DNA of 64,000 nt from an uncultured Bacilli bacterium (GTDB taxonomy: Bacteria; Bacillota_I; Bacilli_A; RF39; UBA660), in contig CALVXF010000022.1 in assembly GCA_944368875.1 (NCBI GenBank), positions 217 through 64,216 of the forward strand, in the 5' to 3' direction. Shown piece after piece: positions 33,904-41,364 of this stretch (within the stretch, counting starts at the first letter, position 1; every line of letters begins with the position of its first letter). The notes under the pieces are model-generated. The model saw only the letters and a program-made list of their open reading frames with translations. It was not told the DNA's origin and did no database searches. A program made the translations under genes and the position numbers.

Positions 33904-35142
33904 ATGAGTGATAATATATTCTCACAAATGGATTTTGGATATTTTAAAGAATATTTAAATAATGATGATGTTACAGATATTTCTTATGATAATAATGGAC
34001 AAATACATTTAAAGACTTTATCTCAAGGTATTATAAGGGTAGAAAATCCAAATATAACTAATGCAGTTGTTGAAAAACTTGCATTTCAATGTGCGAATGC
34101 TATGGGGAAATCTTTCAATATGGCTTATCCTATGCTGGATGCTGAGAGTGCTGAATTACGTATGAATTTTATTCATGATTCAATTGCGCGAAATGGTATA
34201 GCCTTGGTTATTCGTAAAACACCTGCTAAAATACGACTTGAAAAAGACAAAATTATTGCTGATAAATATATTACTTTGGGAATTCATGATTTTCTAATCA
34301 AATGTATCGAAGGACATTGTAACATTATTGTATGTGGTGAAACCGGTTCAGGTAAAACAGAATTCGTTAAATATCTAGGTTCAAAAATTAAAGAAAACGA
34401 AAAAATTATAACGATTGAGGATACATTGGAACTCCATCTTGATAAAATATTTCCACATCGTGATATTGTTGCTTTGAAGACTAATAATATTGCTACATAC
34501 TCAGACATTTTAGTGGCTTGTATGCGTCAAAACCCTAAATGGATATTACTTTCCGAAGTGCGTAGTGCTGAAGCTGTCATGGCTGTTCGTAACTCTATTT
34601 CATCAGGGCATTATATTTTATCAACAATCCATGCTGACAAAGCTAGTAGTATTCCAAATCGTATGTATAGTTTGTTGGAAACTAATCAAGATATTGATCA
34701 ATTTCTAAAATCAATCTATCGTTATATTCAATTAGGAATATATATTCGTGGTTACCAAAGTCGAGAAACAGGCAAATTTGTTCGTGAAATAGCTGAAGTT
34801 ACAGAATTTTATGTAACCGAAGATAATGAAGCAAAGTATAATGTCATCTATAAAAAAGATTTATTTGGGAATGTTGTTAACAATGATCCTAGTAAATATT
34901 TGATTGAATATTTATCCGCTCAAGGAGTTCAATTGCCTGATGAAATGGTTGATCGTGCCCAAAATAAAAAAGATTCTGAAATTGGTGTTAGTGCTAATAC
35001 AACAATCGAAAAACCAAATGTTAAAAAAGTTACGCCAGTTGGTCCAACGAATAACCCGATTCCTACGAGTGTTAAAACAACTCAAAATCCAATTGGGGCA
35101 ATGCCCAATACAGCTAATGGAACCGTAAGTTCTAATACATAA
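33904..35142 (+). CDS. TadA/CpaF (VirB11-superfamily) secretion ATPase with P/T-rich C-terminal tail
   Basis: Walker A GETGSGKTE, the IITIEDTLEL motif, Walker B/His-box region RQNPKWILLSEVRSAEA, and HYILSTIHA. Confidence 0.75.
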   Translation: MSDNIFSQMDFGYFKEYLNNDDVTDISYDNNGQIHLKTLSQGIIRVENPNITNAVVEKLAFQCANAMGKSFNMAYPMLDAESAELRMNFIHDSIARNGIALVIRKTPAKIRLEKDKIIADKYITLGIHDFLIKCIEGHCNIIVCGETGSGKTEFVKYLGSKIKENEKIITIEDTLELHLDKIFPHRDIVALKTNNIATYSDILVACMRQNPKWILLSEVRSAEAVMAVRNSISSGHYILSTIHADKASSIPNRMYSLLETNQDIDQFLKSIYRYIQLGIYIRGYQSRETGKFVREIAEVTEFYVTEDNEAKYNVIYKKDLFGNVVNNDPSKYLIEYLSAQGVQLPDEMVDRAQNKKDSEIGVSANTTIEKPNVKKVTPVGPTNNPIPTSVKTTQNPIGAMPNTANGTVSSNT

Positions 35143-35154
35143 GGGAGGTGTAAT

Positions 35155-36057
35155 ATGGAATTACTAATGTTTTTGTTCATCGCTTTTATTATAGTATTTG
35201 TAATTGTTTATCGTTTAAACAACGGGCAAAACGTTTATAAATATATAATCGATACGGGAACTAATATTTATAATAAATATGCACCATATTCTTTTAAATC
35301 AGTTCGTGAAAAAGTAAAAGATTTGGGTCAAGAATACACACCTAGACAATATACAATTCAAATTATTACATTTGCAGCTGGAGCAGCAATAGTATCATAT
35401 TTATATTTCTATAGCATTATTACTTCTGTTATTTATTCTCTTATAGCAATATCTATAATTCCATATTTAACATATTTGCGTTGCAAGAGAATTTATAGTG
35501 AGTTTTTGTTTGAACAAGTTCAGGTTTACACAACTAATGTTATTATGGAATTTGCTACAACTCAAAGTTTCGTTAAAGCTTTAGAAGGTGTATATGAATC
35601 CGGTGTTCTTGAAGATCCAATCAAAACCGATGTTAAAGAGATGATTGATATGGCTTATGCCAATGGGACAATTGATCAATCTTTAGAATATATGAATGCT
35701 AAATATGATTATTATATTGTGCGCAATATGCATCAATTATTTTTACAAATTACTAATGAAGGAACTAGGGATAGCGGTGAGTCTTTGGAAAACATGTCAA
35801 TGGATATTGATATGTTAGTAGAAAATGTTTATCGCGACCGAATGGATAGAGCATCATTCCATAAAAAGTTTTTACAATTTGGTATAGTTTTATATTTGAT
35901 GGTCATGCTTGTTCAATTTCTTTTAGGTGTTGAAACTTATATTGAAATGTTAGATAACATTTTTGTTCAATTATTACTTCATGGTATAGTCATAGTAAAT
36001 ACATATTTCTTGTTGAACGGGGAAAAATATTATAATGAGAATGTAGGTGCTGAATAA
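35155..36057 (+). CDS. TadB-like (T2SSF/GspF-family) inner-membrane platform protein
   Basis: Topology is TM, two TM, cytoplasmic helical domain of about 130 aa, two C-terminal TM. Follows the TadA-like ATPase directly. Confidence 0.5.
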   Translation: MELLMFLFIAFIIVFVIVYRLNNGQNVYKYIIDTGTNIYNKYAPYSFKSVREKVKDLGQEYTPRQYTIQIITFAAGAAIVSYLYFYSIITSVIYSLIAISIIPYLTYLRCKRIYSEFLFEQVQVYTTNVIMEFATTQSFVKALEGVYESGVLEDPIKTDVKEMIDMAYANGTIDQSLEYMNAKYDYYIVRNMHQLFLQITNEGTRDSGESLENMSMDIDMLVENVYRDRMDRASFHKKFLQFGIVLYLMVMLVQFLLGVETYIEMLDNIFVQLLLHGIVIVNTYFLLNGEKYYNENVGAE

Positions 36058-36841
36058 TATGATATTTATTATTATATGTGCTATTATTTTGTTTGTCATG
36101 TTTTATAATAAAATGATAGATCAAAACAAATTTATTCAAGAAACAGAACCATATTTTCGCTTTTTAATGGAAGATGATTATGAATTCTTATTGCATATTA
36201 AGTATGGCGCTGATGTTGATGTCAATAAAATGTTTGGTATTAGAGTAAGAAATGGAATTGTTGTAATTGTAGTTATTATGTTTTATTTCCTTTCTAATTT
36301 AAATTTTATTAGTATATTATTTTCTTTTATCGTAGGATTTATAGTTTTTAAATCATCATATACAAAGTTGAATAGATATTATAAAAACAATTTACACAAT
36401 ATTAATTTAATGTTGCCTTATTATTTAAAAAGTTTGGAAATATTAATTCAACATTACACAGTTCCTGTTGCTTTATCTAAATCAATAGAAACTGCTCCTG
36501 ATATGTTTAAATCAGGTTTGCGTAAATTGTGTGAAAAAATTGAAGCTGGGGATTCTAGCGTTGATCCTTATATGGATTTTGCAAAAGAATACCCTGTTCG
36601 TGATTCGATGCGTATGATGCGTCTTTTATATCGTTTAGGTCTTGGTAGTCAAGAAAATAAACAAGAACAATTAATGATGTTTTCAAGAACTGTTTCAACA
36701 TTGCAAAACAAAAGTCGTGAACAAAAGTATAAAGAGCGTTTAGAAAAAATGGAACAAAAAACAATGATGATGCTTATGTGTACTGGTGGGGGTATTTTGT
36801 TTTTGATGTTGTTGTCAATGATGATGTTAATGAATTTATAA
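36047..36841 (+). CDS. TadC-like (T2SSF-family) platform protein, paralogue of the upstream gene
   Basis: Same TM/cytoplasmic-domain architecture as the preceding gene. Overlaps it by 11 nt. Confidence 0.5.
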   Translation: MLNNMIFIIICAIILFVMFYNKMIDQNKFIQETEPYFRFLMEDDYEFLLHIKYGADVDVNKMFGIRVRNGIVVIVVIMFYFLSNLNFISILFSFIVGFIVFKSSYTKLNRYYKNNLHNINLMLPYYLKSLEILIQHYTVPVALSKSIETAPDMFKSGLRKLCEKIEAGDSSVDPYMDFAKEYPVRDSMRMMRLLYRLGLGSQENKQEQLMMFSRTVSTLQNKSREQKYKERLEKMEQKTMMMLMCTGGGILFLMLLSMMMLMNL

Positions 36842-36842
36842 T

Positions 36843-36874
36843 TATTGCTAAAGAAATAAAAAGGTGTTATAATT
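36843..36874 (+). promoter_or_regulatory. sigma-A-type promoter with extended -10 (TTGCTA-17-TGTTATAAT) driving the small pilin-like gene
   Basis: Read directly from the sequence at 36845..36874. Confidence 0.5.
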
Positions 36875-36899
36875 AAGAAAAGATAGGATGGTGAAATAA

Positions 36900-37076
36900 T
36901 GAAAGAAGCTGCTGGAGAAGCAAATTTAACTGTAGTTGCAATTATTTTAATTGCTGTAATTGCTGCCGTTGTTACACCAATTATTAATAATGCTATGCAA
37001 ACTACAAGCGATCGTTCTGACTGCTTGAATAGAGGTTGTAATTGGGATACAAGTTCCAATTCATGTGATTGCTAAT
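36900..37076 (+). CDS. 58-aa Flp/pilin-like peptide with hydrophobic helix and 4-Cys C-terminal tail (not in ORF track)
   Basis: Sequence MKEAAGEANLTVVAIILIAVIAAVVTPIINNAMQTTSDRSDCLNRGCNWDTSSNSCDC. Strong promoter and RBS GGATGGTGA. Position matches flp in tadZABC-flp-tadEF loci. Confidence 0.5.
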
Positions 37077-37106
37077 AAATATATTTAACAAAAGGAGAAG
37101 GTTATA

Positions 37107-37340
37107 ATGAAAAGTAATAAAAGTATGGGAGAAAAAATATTTACCTGTTTTTTGGTTACTGTCATTATAGCCTTGTTATTCTTTCTAGTACTTTATATTT
37201 TGCAACAAACATGTCTTAATGATTGTTGCAAAGAGGCAGGAGGTATGAGTGTTAAGGATGGTGTGTGTGTTGATGTCAATGGAGACCGCATATCATCTAG
37301 TTCTTCATGCCATGATTCTTGTGAGTTTTGGAGGTGGTAG
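37107..37340 (+). CDS. small TM protein with Cys-rich extracytoplasmic tail
   Basis: Single TM helix followed by CLNDCCKEAGG...CVDV...CHDSCEF. Same architecture as the upstream peptide. Start may be the internal MGEKIF. Confidence 0.4.
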   Translation: MKSNKSMGEKIFTCFLVTVIIALLFFLVLYILQQTCLNDCCKEAGGMSVKDGVCVDVNGDRISSSSSCHDSCEFWRW

Positions 37341-37343
37341 TCT

Positions 37344-37802
37344 ATGAGTCAAAGTGTTGGTAGTGTTGCTTTATATAACATTGTTATAGTTTTTTTAGTC
37401 ATTGTATTTGCTTTTTTAGCCGCTACTATTAGTTACTCAAAGGCTTTTCGCGTTAATAGTCGAATTATTTTTGCTATTGAAAAGTATGAGGGTTATAATC
37501 AACTTTCTGCTGACCAAATTGAAGATGTGTTAGAGACTTTAGGTTATACACAAGATAAAAACTTTACTTGTCCAACACGAACTGAAAATGGTCAAAAATA
37601 TGATCCAATTACAAGAATATATAATAATTATGCTTATTGTATTTATTTGTTTCAAGAAGATGCAAGACACTATACTTATGGTGTTCAAACATATTTATAT
37701 GTTGACTTGCCATTTGTACAAGATGTTTTTAAATTGCCAATATATACTAAAACAGAAAGAATATTTTATTTTCATTCTGATGATGATAAGATTGAACCTT
37801 AA
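37344..37802 (+). CDS. N-terminally anchored pseudopilin-like protein (paralogue A)
   Basis: N-terminal hydrophobic segment followed by YSKAFRV...IEKY...TCPTRT...YCIY motifs shared with the next gene. Confidence 0.45.
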   Translation: MSQSVGSVALYNIVIVFLVIVFAFLAATISYSKAFRVNSRIIFAIEKYEGYNQLSADQIEDVLETLGYTQDKNFTCPTRTENGQKYDPITRIYNNYAYCIYLFQEDARHYTYGVQTYLYVDLPFVQDVFKLPIYTKTERIFYFHSDDDKIEP

Positions 37803-37828
37803 TGGTTTTTCAATAGGTAGGAGGAAAT

Positions 37829-38341
37829 ATGAAAGAGTCTATAGCTAATAGTTATATTTTTATGATTATAATTACTTTTATAATTATTATTATGCTTGTA
37901 TTTTTAAGTTCTCTTGCTTATTCAAAAGCTTTTAAAGTTAAAAATAAAATAATTGATTTAATTGAAAAATATGATGATGGTTATGAGCCTAATAAACAAA
38001 CACTTGATGCACAAATAGAAGAAGTATTAAAAGATATAGGCTATCGGATGAGCAACAATCATACTTGTCCAACACGAACATCAAAAAACGGAAGTGCTTT
38101 AACTGCTATTAATACACAAACAAATTATCGTTATTGTATATATAAAGAAGTACAAGGACGAGGTGTGCAATATTATGTTATTGCATATATGTATTTTGAT
38201 ATACCTGTCATCAATGAATATTTAGAATTTCCTTTATCAGGGCAAACTAAAGTGTTCTATGAAACTGTTGATAATCATCATAAATGTAATACTGATTCTG
38301 ATTGTGGTAATTTGAAATGTGTCGATAACAAGTGTATATAG
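37829..38341 (+). CDS. N-terminally anchored pseudopilin-like protein (paralogue B) with knottin-like Cys-rich C-terminus
   Basis: Shares YSKAFKV, IEKY, TCPTRT and YCIY with the upstream gene. C-terminal CNTDSDCGNLKCVDNKC. Confidence 0.45.
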   Translation: MKESIANSYIFMIIITFIIIIMLVFLSSLAYSKAFKVKNKIIDLIEKYDDGYEPNKQTLDAQIEEVLKDIGYRMSNNHTCPTRTSKNGSALTAINTQTNYRYCIYKEVQGRGVQYYVIAYMYFDIPVINEYLEFPLSGQTKVFYETVDNHHKCNTDSDCGNLKCVDNKCI

Positions 38342-38356
38342 AAGAGGGGTAAAATC

Positions 38357-39346
38357 ATGAATGTTATAATTGCTAATCGCTATGGTGCGATGTTACAATC
38401 ATTGGAAATCGAAGTTATTAAAAGATTAGATGGTGAATTCACAGTTGAAGAGATAATTAATCAGTTTCAAAATTTCTTTTATCAAAGAATGATTTTAGAT
38501 ATCACAGCGATAAAAGATTATAAAGATATCAAGAATTTACAAAAATTATCTATTTCTCTAGATATGGATAAAGTGATATTACTATTAGATGATTCACCAG
38601 ATAGTTCATCTAGTGAATACCTATCCAAACTAATTTCAATGGGTATCTATAATTTTACTAAAAATATTGAGGGGATAGTTTATTTATATAATAATCCTAA
38701 TAGTTATCGTGATGTTGCGCAATATCATCAATTAGATAGTATTAAAGAAGTAGTTGTTGAGAAATTTGGACCTAGTTCTGGAACCAAAATTATTGGTATT
38801 AAAAATGTTAATCAAAGTGCAGGAGCTACGACTTTTACTTATATGATGAAAAAACAATTAAGCAAAAATTATAGTGTTGTCGCAATCGAAGTAGACAAAC
38901 GAGATTTTATGTATTTCCGTGATAAAAACATGGTGTCGACAGCAACTCAAGATTTAGGAAATACTTTGGCTAAATATAATGGTAATGATGTTATTCTTGT
39001 TGACATGAATAATAGTGGTGTTGCTGAAGGAATGTGCCACGAAACTATTTACTTACTTGAACCTTCGACAATTAAATTAAATAAATTAATGTTGAGTAAT
39101 CGTAAGATCTTTAGTGAATTAAAAGAAAAGCATATTGTTTTAAACCAAAGCCTTTTGTCTCCTAAAGATGTATTAGCTTTTGAATACGAAGCGAAGACTA
39201 AAATCTTTTATAATATGCCACCACTTGATGAACGTGAAAAAGACATAGAAGCAATGGATCCTTTTTTAATGAAAATGGGTTTTGAACGTCAATCGAATGG
39301 TGAAAATGAGAAAAAGAAAAATATTTTAGGTTTATTTAACATATAA
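38357..39346 (+). CDS. TadZ/CpaE-like pseudo-ATPase (receiver-like N-domain + MinD/ParA-like domain with lysine-less Walker A)
   Basis: KIIGIKNVNQSAGATTFT aligns to the MinD-type KGGVGKTT P-loop, but K is replaced by A. Followed by a VILVDMNN-type Walker B region. Confidence 0.4.
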   Translation: MNVIIANRYGAMLQSLEIEVIKRLDGEFTVEEIINQFQNFFYQRMILDITAIKDYKDIKNLQKLSISLDMDKVILLLDDSPDSSSSEYLSKLISMGIYNFTKNIEGIVYLYNNPNSYRDVAQYHQLDSIKEVVVEKFGPSSGTKIIGIKNVNQSAGATTFTYMMKKQLSKNYSVVAIEVDKRDFMYFRDKNMVSTATQDLGNTLAKYNGNDVILVDMNNSGVAEGMCHETIYLLEPSTIKLNKLMLSNRKIFSELKEKHIVLNQSLLSPKDVLAFEYEAKTKIFYNMPPLDEREKDIEAMDPFLMKMGFERQSNGENEKKKNILGLFNI

Positions 39347-39349
39347 TAA

Positions 39350-39378
39350 GTTGACAAATACTTATAAATAAAGTAAAA
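39350..39378 (+). promoter_or_regulatory. canonical sigma-A promoter TTGACA-17-TAAAAT
   Basis: TTGACAaatacttataaataaagTAAAAT read directly. Drives the 116-aa two-TM protein. Confidence 0.55.
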
Positions 39379-39404
39379 TTAAATTAACAAATGGAGGTAA
39401 TTAT

Positions 39405-39755
39405 ATGTTTATTTTAGATACTGTTTCTTGTGGAGGAATTACAGGCATTCCAGAAATGTTACCAAACTTAGTTAGCATAGGTTATAATATTATTAAAATA
39501 TTTGTTCCAATTGCTTTGATTTTATTTGGTATGTGGGATTTAGGGAAAGCAGTTATGCAACAAAAAGAAGACGATATTAAGAAAGGACAAAAAACTTTCA
39601 TTCAACGTGTTATAGCAGCTGTAATAGTATTCCTAGTTTTCTCAATTGTTCAATTAGTATTTGGTCTATTAGCTTCAGCTAGTGGCGATGATTCAGAAAA
39701 CATCATGGACTGTGTTAATTGCTTTTTAGATAGTAGTAAATGTAGTGCTGACTAA
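39405..39755 (+). CDS. small two-TM protein with Cys-rich C-terminus; VirB2/TrbC-like pilin candidate
   Basis: Two hydrophobic helices separated by a charged loop. C-terminal CVNCFLDSSKCS. Own strong promoter. Followed by a terminator. Confidence 0.4.
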   Translation: MFILDTVSCGGITGIPEMLPNLVSIGYNIIKIFVPIALILFGMWDLGKAVMQQKEDDIKKGQKTFIQRVIAAVIVFLVFSIVQLVFGLLASASGDDSENIMDCVNCFLDSSKCSAD

Positions 39756-39762
39756 TTATAAA

Positions 39763-39796
39763 AATATAGAATAATATCTTTATTCTATATTTTTTT
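39763..39796 (+). terminator. rho-independent terminator
   Basis: ATAGAATAA..TTATTCTAT hairpin followed by TTTTTTTT. A -10 TATAAT follows at about 39803. Confidence 0.55.
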
Positions 39797-39829
39797 TGTG
39801 CTATAATTATAGTAGTTTATTGCGCTCAT

Positions 39830-41314
39830 TTGAGGAGAGATGTTATGAAAAAAACAAAAATATTAAACTGTTTAATATTTACATTATTTTTTATGTTTTC
39901 CACTATATTCAGTACAATGGAAGCAAAAGCATTAATGAACAAATCTAGTGTTGAAATTGTAGGAGGAATAGTTTATCGTGGTACTCATAATGACGGGACA
40001 AATTATACTATTACTATTAATTCAGCCAAGCGTGAAACTAAAATTCAACAACCTGGATATAATTACATTTTTACTTTTGATGTAACTATAAATAATCCTG
40101 TAAATGATAATTTGACTATAACTTATACCATTCAAAGAAATGATGCAAATAAATTAGCAAATAATTCTAATTCATTGCTGTGGACAGACTATTTTAGATA
40201 TATTGTTATGAATAAGAATGGAGAATATTCTATCACGAGTAGTAAACCAAATTCAGACGATTATCCCCTTATTGCCGAAATATCTAATCAAAGTTCAGTA
40301 ATGAAATTCGAAAACGATTTTATGTATTGCTCTGGTGATTTGGTTAAAGCAGGTGATAAAACCAATAAATTACCATATCAAGTTTGTGTTAAAAGGGTAC
40401 ATGGTGATTATTTCTTAATCAAAAAAGAAAATGGTACTGAAACAGCATTTGATTATCAAAATGCATATTCAGGAAATTGGAATGATGAAGATACATATAA
40501 AGGGAATAGTTATGTTAAGCCAATGCAATTTTATTTCAATCCTGATACTTCTGGGATATTTGACACTGAAGGTTTATATGTTTATTTTTATAAACAACAA
40601 ACAGGATTTAATCCTGATAGCAATTGGCAAGACTATTATGTTTCAGGATTAGATTTAACGGATGAAGAATATCAAGAAAATACAGCCCTTGAATTGGAAG
40701 AAGAGCTTAATACACAATATTTAGATTTAGGTAAATGTTTAATTAATAATGGTATTAATTCTAAATATCAGACGCAATGTGATACTTATTTAACTAATAG
40801 AACACCTATTGCAGGTATGACAGAAGAAGAGTTGGAAAATCTAAATATTTCAAATTATGCTAAATGTGTTTTGGAAAAAGAAAATAGTATTTTTATGGAT
40901 GATATAAATACTTATTGTTCTAGTGAATATCAAAATTTATCAGCTGAAAAAGACAGTTTAAAAGATTATGTTCAAAGCACGGGCAATGAAGAATTAATGA
41001 ATAAGTATGCGATTGAATATGGTTTCGATTTTAATTTTGAGATTACAGATGGTTGTGCTTCTTTAGGAAGTTTAATGGGCATTATCAAAGATATTTATAA
41101 TCTTATTTTTTACATTTTGTGTGCTGTTTTAGCAGTTATTACAATGTTTGATTATGCTAAAGCGGTTGTGGATAATGAAGAATTTAAAAACTTTAAAAAA
41201 GCTCATAAACATTTTGCTGTTAGAATAGCCGTTGTTGCAATTGTATGGCTTTTACCTAGTCTAGTTGAATTTATATTTAATTTAATTGGTTTAGGTGAAT
41301 ATTTCTGTTGGTAA
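39830..41314 (+). CDS. secreted Cys-containing protein with two C-terminal TM helices
   Basis: Signal peptide. Ectodomain of about 400 aa. C-terminal double TM anchor. Confidence 0.5.
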   Translation: MRRDVMKKTKILNCLIFTLFFMFSTIFSTMEAKALMNKSSVEIVGGIVYRGTHNDGTNYTITINSAKRETKIQQPGYNYIFTFDVTINNPVNDNLTITYTIQRNDANKLANNSNSLLWTDYFRYIVMNKNGEYSITSSKPNSDDYPLIAEISNQSSVMKFENDFMYCSGDLVKAGDKTNKLPYQVCVKRVHGDYFLIKKENGTETAFDYQNAYSGNWNDEDTYKGNSYVKPMQFYFNPDTSGIFDTEGLYVYFYKQQTGFNPDSNWQDYYVSGLDLTDEEYQENTALELEEELNTQYLDLGKCLINNGINSKYQTQCDTYLTNRTPIAGMTEEELENLNISNYAKCVLEKENSIFMDDINTYCSSEYQNLSAEKDSLKDYVQSTGNEELMNKYAIEYGFDFNFEITDGCASLGSLMGIIKDIYNLIFYILCAVLAVITMFDYAKAVVDNEEFKNFKKAHKHFAVRIAVVAIVWLLPSLVEFIFNLIGLGEYFCW

Positions 41315-41364
41315 AATTAAAGATGATTTTTAAACTTAACGTAAAATTAAAGGAGGTGGTCTGA

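Noticed and set aside
33904-36841. Calling the 33904 ATPase a conjugative VirB11 rather than TadA/CpaF
   Set aside because: VirB11 and TadA cannot be separated by motifs alone. The two adjacent T2SSF-topology platform proteins, a CpaB-like upstream gene and a downstream pilin-like peptide favour a Tad/type-IV-filament assignment. I keep the uncertainty in the confidence values.
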